Positions 51,887-62,051 of a DNA stretch of 64,000 bases are shown here, piece by piece; position 1 is the stretch's first letter; each line of letters starts with the position of its first letter. The DNA lies in assembly GCA_013166775.1 (NCBI GenBank), contig JABLTJ010000003.1, forward strand, positions 64,001 to 128,000, written 5' to 3'. The notes beneath the pieces were generated by a model. It was given only the letters and a program-made list of their open reading frames with translations. It was not told the DNA's origin and made no database searches. The stretch is from Promethearchaeati archaeon (GTDB lineage Archaea > Asgardarchaeota > Heimdallarchaeia > Heimdallarchaeales > Heimdallarchaeaceae). Position numbers and translations under genes: made by a program.

Positions 51887-52669
51887 GTGATTATGATGGC
51901 AAAGACAGAGAAAACACACACACAACTTGCAGTAGCAAGCGAAGTTGTTGCTGATTCAGCTGAACTTATTATTGAGATTAAAGACCTTTGGAGAAAATTC
52001 TTTGAAGACACTCCTGCAGAAGTACAGGCACTACGAGGAGTAAATTTCAGAGTTGAAAGAGGTGAATTTATAACAATAATGGGGCCTAGTGGAAGTGGTA
52101 AAAGCACTCTTTTAACAATACTTGGTTGTATGGCTCCAGCAACAAGTGGTCAAGTATATATTGATGGAACTGAGATAACAGAAATGAGTCAACGAAAATT
52201 AAGTGAAATCAGAAAAGAGAAAATAGGGTTTGTTTTTCAAGACATATTCTTAATTGAAACAATTTCAGCACTTGATAATGTTCTCTTACCTCTTTTACCA
52301 TATGGTATAACTAAAGAAGATCGACAAAGAGCAATAGAGCTTATGAAGACTGCAGGTCTTGACGATCGTATGAAGCACAAACCAACAGAATTATCTGGTG
52401 GTCAAAAACAGCGTGTAGCGATATGCCGGGCATTGATTAATGATCCCCCAATCGTTCTAGCAGATGAGCCAACAGGTAATCTAGATTCTCAAACAGGTGG
52501 AGAAATTCTGGAACTCCTTAGAAAGCTTAATTATGAAAAAAGAATAACAATTCTAGCTGTTTCTCACGATCCTAAACTTGCTGAATTCTCTTCCAGAGAT
52601 GTTATGATTACAGATGGAGAAATAACCAGAGATAGGATTAATCCATTTAGAGATCACAATTTGAGCTAG
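51887..52669 (+). CDS. ABC transporter ATP-binding protein (LolD-like)
   Basis: GPSGSGKS, LSGGQKQR, LADEPTGNLD. Confidence 0.95.
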   Translation: MIMMAKTEKTHTQLAVASEVVADSAELIIEIKDLWRKFFEDTPAEVQALRGVNFRVERGEFITIMGPSGSGKSTLLTILGCMAPATSGQVYIDGTEITEMSQRKLSEIRKEKIGFVFQDIFLIETISALDNVLLPLLPYGITKEDRQRAIELMKTAGLDDRMKHKPTELSGGQKQRVAICRALINDPPIVLADEPTGNLDSQTGGEILELLRKLNYEKRITILAVSHDPKLAEFSSRDVMITDGEITRDRINPFRDHNLS

Positions 52670-52676
52670 ATGAAAA

Positions 52677-53639
52677 ATGACCACAGATTATCAAACCACC
52701 ATCAGGAAATACGAAGAGCGATTTATCAGAAAGCTAGGAGAAGTTGCTATTCTTCTCCACCTCTCAAAAACTCCTGAAGGATCTCATGCTTATGAACTGA
52801 GATCACAAGCTTCTGAAATACTCTTCGAAAGAAGAAAGATAGGCTCAGAATTCCTCCAAGATGTTCTGGAAATTCTTGAGGAAATCGCGAAAATTCATTC
52901 TGAAAAGGAAAAGGCTTCTGAGGAGACAACCAAATCTGAAGAAATTTTGAAGAGATTAGATAACTACCCAATCATTAGATTCAATATCAGGATTCAAAAA
53001 CTAGTACTGGAACATGATTTAGTAACCTCAGAGGATATTGATTATCTTAATGAAATAATCGATTCTCTAAGGATTTTAGATAAAGAAATGCATGATTCTA
53101 CAGAAATTTGGACTAATATTACTAGTATCTATCCTGCTATTGAATCCTTAGAGAAAAATGAATTAATAGTGCTTGATAGAGAAGTACCTGAAGCAGGTCG
53201 TTTAAAGAAAATCTACAAAATCACTAAATTAGGAAGAGATTCAGTAGAGAGGGTGATGTTTCTATTAATGGACATATTATCTTATGTACTTGAGACAGAA
53301 GGAAGACATATTCTTTTTGGTGAGAGAAGTATTTTCTCATCCAAAATTGTCCCTTTCAGAAACTTACTAGAAAAACTAATAGATGGTTTAAATCCAGATT
53401 TCCGAAGAGAAATGTTTTCTTTTAAAGGAAAAACGCAAGATAGCTCATTTATTAATATGATGACAGCTCAAATGGCTGCAGTTCCAATGTTAAATATGCT
53501 TGTTCGTTTTCCTAAACGTATGAAAGAGCAATTGGAGTCAATGGAAACTGAAGAAGAGAAGAAGATGATAAGATCGTTTATGAAGAGAAAATTAACTGAA
53601 CAAAGAGATATGATAAACCAGATGTTGAAGGAGCTGTAA
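52677..53639 (+). CDS. PadR-like regulator with large internal insertion
   Basis: ILLHLSKTPEGSHAYEL, about 110 aa, then SIYPAIESLEKNELI...RLKKIYKITKLGR. Confidence 0.7.
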   Translation: MTTDYQTTIRKYEERFIRKLGEVAILLHLSKTPEGSHAYELRSQASEILFERRKIGSEFLQDVLEILEEIAKIHSEKEKASEETTKSEEILKRLDNYPIIRFNIRIQKLVLEHDLVTSEDIDYLNEIIDSLRILDKEMHDSTEIWTNITSIYPAIESLEKNELIVLDREVPEAGRLKKIYKITKLGRDSVERVMFLLMDILSYVLETEGRHILFGERSIFSSKIVPFRNLLEKLIDGLNPDFRREMFSFKGKTQDSSFINMMTAQMAAVPMLNMLVRFPKRMKEQLESMETEEEKKMIRSFMKRKLTEQRDMINQMLKEL

Positions 53640-53694
53640 ATTAACTCAAAAGGAATCTGAGCAAATGGTAATTCCATTCCAGAAAGAAACAAAA

Positions 53695-54720
53695 TTAGGG
53701 TTTAATTACTGTTCTAAAATCAGCTTTAAATTCTTTCAACTGATGATGAATCTCATTAATAGCATCAGCGTCTAAAGGAACAGTTTTTGTTACAACTTTA
53801 GTTAGATCTAATTTTCCTTGTTCAGCAAGATTTAACAAGAAAGGTATTTCGGATAGCAAATGATCAGAAACTCCAATTATCTCTTTTTCTCTACAAATCG
53901 CTTCATAAGAATTGACATCAAATGTTTTTGCAGTGATGCCAACTAATCCTAATCTACCGAATCTAGCCAATGATCTAACACCTTGATCCATAGTTAATGG
54001 AAGACCAATCAGCTCTAATGCAACATCAACACCCTCTTCATTAGTTAACTCCATTAATTTATGAATAGGATCATTATTCTTAGCATTTATTGGAATAGCT
54101 CCCATTTCTTCCGCTGTTTCTAGTTTTCCTGAATCGATGTCTATCGCATAAATCTCTCTTGCTCCAAAAGCTTTAGCTAATTGGAGTGCAGATATTCCCA
54201 ATCCTCCTAACCCATAAATAGCTAATGTTTCTCCTGGTTTGAAACGAGTTTTTCTAAGTGCATGAAGCGAAGTTGAAGAAGAGCACATCATAACAGATGC
54301 GTGTTCAAATGAAAGAGAATCAGGTAATTTGAAAATTCCTCGAGTAGGAACAGCAATATATTCAGCATATCCTCCATCAACATTCTTCCCGATCATTTCC
54401 CCTATAATACAGAATTGTTCAGTCCCTTGAACACAGTATTTGCATTTTCCACAGGTGATCATGTAATTGAGACAAACCCGATCTCCGACTTTGAAATCAG
54501 AAACATTAGATCCTAGTTTTTCAATCTCTCCTGCAACCTCATGTCCTAATGTTATTGGAAGAGAACCAACAAAGGAAATACCATCTCTATAATGAACATC
54601 AGAATGGCAAATACCAGCAGCTTTTATTCGAATTAAAACTTCATCAGGCTTAGGTTCTGGAGTTGGAATTTCTCGATTCTCTAAATCTTTGTCGATTTCA
54701 ATCAACTGAACAGCTTTCAT
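53695..54720 (-). CDS. Zinc-dependent alcohol dehydrogenase (MDR family)
   Basis: GICHSD, GHEVAG, CGKCKYC, GLGGLG. Confidence 0.92.
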   Translation of the reverse strand: MKAVQLIEIDKDLENREIPTPEPKPDEVLIRIKAAGICHSDVHYRDGISFVGSLPITLGHEVAGEIEKLGSNVSDFKVGDRVCLNYMITCGKCKYCVQGTEQFCIIGEMIGKNVDGGYAEYIAVPTRGIFKLPDSLSFEHASVMMCSSSTSLHALRKTRFKPGETLAIYGLGGLGISALQLAKAFGAREIYAIDIDSGKLETAEEMGAIPINAKNNDPIHKLMELTNEEGVDVALELIGLPLTMDQGVRSLARFGRLGLVGITAKTFDVNSYEAICREKEIIGVSDHLLSEIPFLLNLAEQGKLDLTKVVTKTVPLDADAINEIHHQLKEFKADFRTVIKP

Positions 54721-54825
54721 AATTAGGTTTAACACCTATCGTATTTAAATTATTTTTCGACTTTAGATAAAAAGTATCCTAAATCATTGAAATCTTGATT
54801 ATCCTCTTAAAAAGGGAAAATTCTT

Positions 54826-56142
54826 ATGAAAGTAAGATATTGTAAAATTATGAAGGCTATAATCAATGTAAAAATATATGATTATGAGACTTATATTGAA
54901 GATGGTTATTGTATTTACGGTAAAGAAATCATTGAAGTTGGAGAAATGAAGAACTTTCCTGATTTTGATGATGAAATTATTAATGGGAAAAACAAAATCC
55001 TTCTCCCTGGTTTAATCAATTTCCACACTCATATTTATTCAACACTCATCCGTGGAGCTTCAATTCCGTTTAATCCTAAGACTTTTAGAGACATTCTAGA
55101 GCAGCTCTGGTGGAAATTTGATAGTAAGCTAGATAATAATGCTACATTCCACAGTGCAATGGTTTATGGTTTAGAATCTCTAAAGAATGGTGTCACATCG
55201 CTAATTGATCATCATGCAAGTGGTATAGATATTATCGGTAGTCTTGATGCGTTAAAGAGTGCAATTGTTGATAAATTAGGTATGCGTGGTATATTTTGTT
55301 TTGAAACAAGTGATCGTTTCAATATGGAAGAATGTATAAAGGAAAACTTAGCAGGACTGAAATTTAATTCTTCTGACGCTAGAGGAATGTTTGGTTTGCA
55401 TGCTTCTATGAGTCTTTCAGAAGAAACCCTGGATAAAGTTTCTAGGGTTCTAAAAGGAGCTCCCATCCATGTTCATGTAGCTGAAAGCATAGAAGATGAA
55501 GAAGATTCTATTGATAAATACAGAGTGAGAGTTATCAATCGTTATCTCAATTATGGACTTTTGAATAAAGATTCTATCCTCGCTCATTGCGTTCATATTA
55601 ATGAAGATGAAGCTAATTTTATTAGCCAAAATAAAGCTGTTATTGCTCTTAATCCGACATCTAATATGAATAATGCAGTTGGAGCTTTCAATATTGATCT
55701 CTTCAGAAATAATAAAATTCCGATACTTATAGGAAACGATGGACTTGGGACAAACATTGCAAAAGAATGGACATATTTCTTCTTTGCAGGTAAAGCTGGA
55801 ATAAAAGATGCTGCTGGTATTGGTTTTGATGAATTGTTAAAATACATTAATGATTCTTATGATTATTTTAGTCGCCAAATGGGTATAAAGATTGGAAAAA
55901 TCAAAAATGGGTACGTAGCTGATTTTGTTCTAGTTCCATATCTTAATCCTACAAAAATGGATGAAAGCAATGCTTTTGGTCATGTATTCTTTGGTTTGTT
56001 TGACAATTTCAAACCATCTTGTGTGATAGTAAAAGGTAAGACTCTGATAGAGAATTACAAGAGTATTTTCGATGAGGAAACATTATATAAGAACGCTCAT
56101 ATGGCTTCTAAAGCCTTATGGGAAAGGTTAGGAGCTGCCTAA
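54826..56142 (+). CDS. ssnA: SsnA-like amidohydrolase
   Basis: NFHTHIYS, ILEQLWW, IDHHAS, GLHAS, HVHVAE, NPTSNMNN. Confidence 0.85.
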   Translation: MKVRYCKIMKAIINVKIYDYETYIEDGYCIYGKEIIEVGEMKNFPDFDDEIINGKNKILLPGLINFHTHIYSTLIRGASIPFNPKTFRDILEQLWWKFDSKLDNNATFHSAMVYGLESLKNGVTSLIDHHASGIDIIGSLDALKSAIVDKLGMRGIFCFETSDRFNMEECIKENLAGLKFNSSDARGMFGLHASMSLSEETLDKVSRVLKGAPIHVHVAESIEDEEDSIDKYRVRVINRYLNYGLLNKDSILAHCVHINEDEANFISQNKAVIALNPTSNMNNAVGAFNIDLFRNNKIPILIGNDGLGTNIAKEWTYFFFAGKAGIKDAAGIGFDELLKYINDSYDYFSRQMGIKIGKIKNGYVADFVLVPYLNPTKMDESNAFGHVFFGLFDNFKPSCVIVKGKTLIENYKSIFDEETLYKNAHMASKALWERLGAA

Positions 56143-57222
56143 ATGGATCTTTCAGTAAAATTACTTGGTCTTGACTTTGAAAATCCCCTTGGACCCGCTG
56201 CTGGTCCTCTTGTTGAAGGACTAGAAAACATGCAGTTTTTTAACAATAATTCATGCGGTTATAATGTTGCCAAGACAATATCTGTTGAAGGAGCAATTGT
56301 TCCAAAACCTTGTATTGCTGGAACTACACAAGCAATTTATAATTGCGAACTTTGGTCTGAACATCATTCGGATGTTTGGATAAACGAAATTCTACCAACA
56401 CTTCAGAAAGAGAAGAAGAAACCAATAATTATCAGTGCTGGATATAAAGAAGAAGATTTTAGATATCTCATTCCGAAGCTTGATTCTTTTGCTGATATGT
56501 TTGAAATTTCTACTCATTATGTTTCAGAAGATTTACTTCCTGGTATAGTAAAAAGCATCAGAGAGAACACTGAAAAACCTGTTTTTATGAAACTTAGTCC
56601 GCATATAGATGATTTTATTGGTTTTGTGAAAACAGTTATCGATGCAGGTGCAACAGGCATTGTTGCTATTAATTCATTAGGTCCAGGAACAGCTATAGAT
56701 TTGAAAGCTCGTTCCGTACTTCTTGCTGAACAAATTTGGATGAGTGGTCCACCAATAAAACCAATCGCTCTTCATAGAATCTACAACATTAGAAAAGAAT
56801 TTCCTGACATTCCTATCATAGGTGTAGGTGGAATAGGGAAGGCTGAAGATGTTCTTGAGTTCATTCTTGCTGGTGCTGATCTTGTTCAGATGCTTTCATC
56901 AGCTCTGATTAAAGGAAGAGGATTATATGATAAGATAATCAAGGATTTACCAAAAGCTCTTGAAAAATATGGATTTAATTCGATTGAAGAAATCAGGCAA
57001 GTTAGGAAAGCAACCATTTTCAAAGATATCGATACAGCTGTTGATAATCATCCATCTTTCAATGAAAAATGTACTATGTGTATGATTTGTGTGAAAATCT
57101 GCCCTGCTGGAGCTTTGTCAGCTGCTGAAGAAAGAATTGTTGTCGATAAGGAAAAATGTATTCACTGTGGACTTTGTGAAAGTCGTTGTCCTGTAGACGC
57201 TATTTATGGAGTGCTTAGATGA
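56143..57222 (+). CDS. PreA/dihydroorotate dehydrogenase-like flavoprotein with C-terminal 2x[4Fe-4S]
   Basis: PAAGP, MKLSP, SGPPIKP, GVGGI; two CxxCxxCxxxCP motifs. Confidence 0.85.
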   Translation: MDLSVKLLGLDFENPLGPAAGPLVEGLENMQFFNNNSCGYNVAKTISVEGAIVPKPCIAGTTQAIYNCELWSEHHSDVWINEILPTLQKEKKKPIIISAGYKEEDFRYLIPKLDSFADMFEISTHYVSEDLLPGIVKSIRENTEKPVFMKLSPHIDDFIGFVKTVIDAGATGIVAINSLGPGTAIDLKARSVLLAEQIWMSGPPIKPIALHRIYNIRKEFPDIPIIGVGGIGKAEDVLEFILAGADLVQMLSSALIKGRGLYDKIIKDLPKALEKYGFNSIEEIRQVRKATIFKDIDTAVDNHPSFNEKCTMCMICVKICPAGALSAAEERIVVDKEKCIHCGLCESRCPVDAIYGVLR

Positions 57223-58430
57223 CAACGTATATTCTAAGGTGTATAACCTGCAAAAAGGAATTTGATTCCCAACCAGGTCTCTATTATTGTGAAGATTGTG
57301 GGAAAATAATGGGGACTTTGGAGGTTGTTTATGACTATGAATCTATTAAAGAAGATCCGGTTGTAAGAGAGAAGAAATTTGATAAAAAAGCTTCAATGTA
57401 TCAATTCAGTTTTCTTTTACCCACTATATCAAAACTGCAACTCGATGAGTATGTTGGAGGTACTCCTCTGTATAAGTTTGATCTTCTTGGTATGAAAGAT
57501 GTACTCGTTAAGTATGATGGTTCTAATCCTTCTAGTTCTTACAAAGATCGAGCAAGCTCTATTGCAATTAACAAAGCTATAGATGAGGGTAATGATATTC
57601 TGTTTTGCGCATCTACTGGTAATGCAGCAGCATCATTAGCAATGCTTAATGCATATACTGATATGAAAACATACATTTTCGTTCCTGCAGCAATACCTGA
57701 TGGTAAAAGAGCTCAACTTGAAATATCAGGTGCAGAAGTATATGCAGTTGAAGGGACCTATGATGAGGTTTATGACTTATCCCTTGATTTAGGTCTCGAA
57801 AAAGGATGGTATTGTAGACACGCTGCAATTAATCCCTATCTTCTAGAAGGAAAGAAAACAGGAGCTTTCGAAATAGTAATTCAAAATGATTTTGAGGTTC
57901 CTGATTACGTTTTCATTGGTGTTGGTGATGGAACAGTTGTTAGTTCTCTTTACAAAGGATTTTGGGAGTTTAGAGAAATTGGCTTAACAGACAAAATTCC
58001 AAAAATAATTGGTGTTCAAGCTGAAGGAATTCCGGCGATAAAGGAAGCTTTTGAAAAAGGAAAACCATACAAACCTATTGCAATTGATGGGAGTACAGTA
58101 GCTGATAGTATATCAGTAGGAAAACCCAGAGATGTCATCAAAGCATGCACTTATGTTGAGGCTAGTAATGGATTTTTCATATCTCTCACAGATGATGAGA
58201 TTCTCGATGCAATTAAAGAGTTAGGAAAAACAGGAATATTTGCAGAACCAGCTGGAGCTGTACCATACGGAGGGCTGAAAAAACTTATTTACGAAGAAAA
58301 AATCACTGAATCAGACACTGTTTGTTTAGTTATTACTGGAAATGGACTAAAAGATGTCAATGCAGTTAAAGACGCGATTAGTAAAACAATATTCACTACT
58401 GAAGAAGTAATTAAAAGGTTTGAAGAATGA
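57219..58430 (+). CDS. Threonine synthase-like fold-type II PLP enzyme
   Basis: NPSSSYKDR, ASTGNAA, EGKKT, ITGNGLKD. Confidence 0.85.
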   Translation: MTTYILRCITCKKEFDSQPGLYYCEDCGKIMGTLEVVYDYESIKEDPVVREKKFDKKASMYQFSFLLPTISKLQLDEYVGGTPLYKFDLLGMKDVLVKYDGSNPSSSYKDRASSIAINKAIDEGNDILFCASTGNAAASLAMLNAYTDMKTYIFVPAAIPDGKRAQLEISGAEVYAVEGTYDEVYDLSLDLGLEKGWYCRHAAINPYLLEGKKTGAFEIVIQNDFEVPDYVFIGVGDGTVVSSLYKGFWEFREIGLTDKIPKIIGVQAEGIPAIKEAFEKGKPYKPIAIDGSTVADSISVGKPRDVIKACTYVEASNGFFISLTDDEILDAIKELGKTGIFAEPAGAVPYGGLKKLIYEEKITESDTVCLVITGNGLKDVNAVKDAISKTIFTTEEVIKRFEE

Positions 58431-59788
58431 AATTTATATTGAATCAAAAAGTCATGGAAACAGGTGAATCACCAAGTTTCCATACACTTGATTTCCTAAG
58501 AAAGATTGGAATAAAAGGAGTAAAGGAAGGGTGTCATGAGGGAGATTGTGGGGCATGCATGGTTTTGATCGGGGAGCTCAAAGATAGCCAAGTCAAATAC
58601 AAAGCTATGAATTCATGCATACTTCCATTAGGTAGGATTGAAGGTAAGCATGTAGTAACAATCGAGGGATTGAATCTAAAAGAAAAATTGAATCCTATCC
58701 AACAAGCACTTTTTGATGAAGGTGGAGTACAATGTGGTTACTGTACACCAGGTTTTGTCATTGCTTTAATGGCTTATTTCATGAACATAGATCTTGAGGA
58801 CACAGAAATCATTACAGCAGTTGAAGGAAATATTTGCAGATGCACCGGATATAATTCAATTTTACGTGCTGCAGAAAAAGCTTCCAATGTTATCTCATCT
58901 TTAGATGATTCAGAAGGAAGGATTGCTGCACTTATAAAAGCAGATTATCTACCTAGTTATTTTTCTGGAATAATCAATCAATTAAAAGACATACAAATCG
59001 AACCTCAGCCAGAAAAAGGAACTTACGTAGCTGGAGGAACTGATCTGTTTGTTAACAGACAAACTGCTGAAAATCCAATATTTTTAGCAGAATTAGGTTT
59101 TGATAAAATCTGGTCAAATGAATCTCATGTCTATGTTGGTGCAGCAGCTGATATAGAAACTATACGAACGTCTGAAGAGTTAAACTTTCTTTTTGATACT
59201 GCACATCATCTAGCGAGAGTATCATCACTTCCAATACGACAACAAGCAACTATTGGTGGAAATGTAGTAAATGCTTCTCCTATAGGTGATCTTACAATTT
59301 ATTTTCTTGCTCTTGATGCTGAAATTGGTCTTGTTTTGGGAGAAGATAAACGAATTATGAAACTCAAAGATTTCTTCAAAGGCTATAAAATTCTAGAGCT
59401 TCAAGATAGAGAAATAGTAGAATGGTTCCGAATTAAAAAAGAGAAAAAACTGCTTTCTTTTGAAAAAGTAGCAAAAAGAATGCATATGGATATTGCGAGT
59501 GTAAACAGCGCATTATCACTCAAAATTGAAGATAAGAAGATTAAGGAACCTCACCTATCTGGAGGAGGTATCGGACCAATTCCAATGTATCTTGAAAAAG
59601 CTTCACAATACCTTGAGAACAAAGAAATATCCTCTGAAGTAGTTAAAGAAGCTGCTAGAATAGCTGATACAGAAATAAATCCAATTGATGATGTCAGAGG
59701 AAGTGCAAAGTACAAGCGATTACTCCTCAGACAATTGATTTATGCTCATTTTGTGAAACTTTTTCCTGAATTGGAGGTGTCTTTATGA
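58427..59788 (+). CDS. xdhA: Xanthine dehydrogenase FeS/FAD subunit
   Basis: KEGCHEGDCGAC, QCGYCTPG, CRCTGY, AGGTDL, ATIGGN. Confidence 0.9.
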   Translation: MKFILNQKVMETGESPSFHTLDFLRKIGIKGVKEGCHEGDCGACMVLIGELKDSQVKYKAMNSCILPLGRIEGKHVVTIEGLNLKEKLNPIQQALFDEGGVQCGYCTPGFVIALMAYFMNIDLEDTEIITAVEGNICRCTGYNSILRAAEKASNVISSLDDSEGRIAALIKADYLPSYFSGIINQLKDIQIEPQPEKGTYVAGGTDLFVNRQTAENPIFLAELGFDKIWSNESHVYVGAAADIETIRTSEELNFLFDTAHHLARVSSLPIRQQATIGGNVVNASPIGDLTIYFLALDAEIGLVLGEDKRIMKLKDFFKGYKILELQDREIVEWFRIKKEKKLLSFEKVAKRMHMDIASVNSALSLKIEDKKIKEPHLSGGGIGPIPMYLEKASQYLENKEISSEVVKEAARIADTEINPIDDVRGSAKYKRLLLRQLIYAHFVKLFPELEVSL

Positions 59789-62025
59789 ACGAATTGATTC
59801 CCCCTCATACACGAGGTGAATCTGTCTTTGTTGATGATATCCCTGAACCAAAGAACATGCTACACACAGCTGTTTTTGTTTCAGATATTGTTCATGGAAA
59901 AATAAAAAATCTAGATATTAGAATAGCTGTGAAAAGTGAGGGGGTTGTGAAAATTATCACTGCAAAAGATATCCCAGGAGAAAACCAGCTTGGTCGAATC
60001 ATTCAGGATGAAGAGCTTTTAGCAGAGGAAAAAGTAGACTTCATAGGGCATCCTATTGTAGTTGTTTATGCAGAAACAAAGGAACAAGCAAATAGAGCTA
60101 AAGAGTTAATTACTATTGATTATGAGGAACTTCCTGCTATTTTTGATCCCAGAGTTGCTGCGAAAAAGGGTTCGTTAATAGCTCCATCTCGAACCTTTAC
60201 ATTAGGAGATGTTGATTCAATATGGGATAGTTGTGAAACTATCGTTGAAGGAAGAGCTGAGTCAGGAGGACAAGAGCATATCTATATGGAGCCTCAAGGG
60301 AGTTTAGCAATTCCAAGAGAAGATGGTCGAGTGCTACTCTATTCAAGTACTCAGAATCCATCAACTGTTCAAAGCACTGTCGCTAAAATCCTAGGTTTTG
60401 ATATGAACAAAATAGAGGTTGATGTAACAAGACTTGGAGGAGGATTTGGAGGAAAGGAGGATCAAGCAACTGCATGGGCTGCAATTTGTGCTTTAGGAGT
60501 TTATTATACCAGTAGGCCTGTAAAATTAATTCTTGATAGACAAGAGGATATCACAATCACAGGTAAACGTCATCCATATTCCACAGATTATAAAATAGGG
60601 ATTGATAAAGAAGGAAAAATTCTCGCATTTTCAGCGGATTACTATCAAAATTCTGGTGCAGCTGCTGATCTTTCAACAGCTGTACTGGGAAGAACTTTAT
60701 TCCATGTAACAAATGCTTATTTTATTCCTAATGTTCGAGTGACAGCTTATCCGTGTAGGACAAATCTTGTACCTTTTACAGCATTTAGAGGATTTGGAGC
60801 TCCACAAGGAATGTATGTAATAGAATGTGCTCTATCTCATATTGCAGATGAATCAGGAATCCCCATTTCCATTCTACAAGAAAAGAATCTACTAGAGGAT
60901 GGAGATCAATTCCCTTATGGGATGATTACTAAAAACACACATGCGAAAAGAAGTTTTGCAAAAGTTATTCAAGATTCTCAATATGAGCTTTTGAAGAAAG
61001 AAAAAGAGGAATTCAATGCAAAAAGCAAGTTTCTGAAAAAAGGAATCTCTATCATGCCCATCTGCTTTGGAATTTCATTTACATCAACCTTCATGAATCA
61101 AGCTGGAGCGCTTGTGAACGTCTATTATGATGGGAGTGTAAATGTTAGTACAGGAGCTGTTGAGATGGGACAAGGAGTAAATATGAAGATTAAGACAATC
61201 GCAACTCGCTTTCTGTCTATTGACTCAAAACGGATACGCGTTGAAAGTACAAACACTAGTCGAGTCATAAATACTTCACCGACCTCTGCTAGTAGCGGTG
61301 CAGATCTTAACGGCAAAGCAACAGAATTTGCATGTTTGAAAATAATTGAAAGATTAAAGAATCTTGCCAATGAGAAATTGGGTGAAGGAATTATCACAAT
61401 AGAAAACGAAGTAGTTTATCTCGATGGAGTTAAAACAGAATTAGTTTGGGAGGAACTTATTTGGTTAGCATATACAAATCGAGTTAATCTGGCTGCACAG
61501 GCTTTGTATGCAACACCTGGAATCTACTTCGATAATGAAAAAGAAAAAGGAAAACCATTTGCTTATCATGTCTTTGGGGCAGCAGTAATAGAAGTAACTG
61601 TAGATTGCTTGAGGGGAACCTATACTATAGATAAGGCTCATGTAGTCCATGATGCAGGACGAAGTCTGAATTATCTCATAGATTTAGGACAAGTAGAAGG
61701 TGGACTTGTTCAAGGGATAGGATGGATGACTCTAGAAGAATTACAATATGTTGATGGAAAGCTAATTACAGATGCTTTGGCTACCTACAAAGTACCTGAT
61801 GTTCACTTCGCACCAGAAATTAAAGCGACCTTCCTTGAAGATGCAGACAACCCTTATGCAGTTTTAGAATCAAAAGGAATAGGAGAACCACCGTTTATGT
61901 ATGGAATCGGAGCTTATTTTGCCTTGAAAGATGCTGCTCAAGCTTTCAGAAATGATAAAGAATGGGATTATACTGCTCCTTTGACACCAGAAAGAATCTT
62001 ACTCTATCTCCATAACCTGGAATAA
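59785..62025 (+). CDS. xdhB: Xanthine dehydrogenase molybdopterin subunit
   Basis: QEHIYME, LGGGFGGKE, AFRGFGAPQ, EMGQG, SKGIGEPP. Confidence 0.92.
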   Translation: MNELIPPHTRGESVFVDDIPEPKNMLHTAVFVSDIVHGKIKNLDIRIAVKSEGVVKIITAKDIPGENQLGRIIQDEELLAEEKVDFIGHPIVVVYAETKEQANRAKELITIDYEELPAIFDPRVAAKKGSLIAPSRTFTLGDVDSIWDSCETIVEGRAESGGQEHIYMEPQGSLAIPREDGRVLLYSSTQNPSTVQSTVAKILGFDMNKIEVDVTRLGGGFGGKEDQATAWAAICALGVYYTSRPVKLILDRQEDITITGKRHPYSTDYKIGIDKEGKILAFSADYYQNSGAAADLSTAVLGRTLFHVTNAYFIPNVRVTAYPCRTNLVPFTAFRGFGAPQGMYVIECALSHIADESGIPISILQEKNLLEDGDQFPYGMITKNTHAKRSFAKVIQDSQYELLKKEKEEFNAKSKFLKKGISIMPICFGISFTSTFMNQAGALVNVYYDGSVNVSTGAVEMGQGVNMKIKTIATRFLSIDSKRIRVESTNTSRVINTSPTSASSGADLNGKATEFACLKIIERLKNLANEKLGEGIITIENEVVYLDGVKTELVWEELIWLAYTNRVNLAAQALYATPGIYFDNEKEKGKPFAYHVFGAAVIEVTVDCLRGTYTIDKAHVVHDAGRSLNYLIDLGQVEGGLVQGIGWMTLEELQYVDGKLITDALATYKVPDVHFAPEIKATFLEDADNPYAVLESKGIGEPPFMYGIGAYFALKDAAQAFRNDKEWDYTAPLTPERILLYLHNLE

Positions 62026-62051
62026 AATGCAAGAAATATGGTGTATTAATT

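Noticed and set aside
45001-53694. Integron-like cassette array
   Set aside because: No shared repeat between the genes and no recombinase in the window
53670-53700. TTCCAGAAAGAAACAAAATTAGGG as an ORB element
   Set aside because: Single weak match overlapping the ADH stop, far from cdc6, with no partner repeats
2714-61650. Short antisense or nested ORFs in the track (e.g. 5087, 13921, 35350, 41617, 55212, 61125)
   Set aside because: Shadows of well-supported genes, with no motifs
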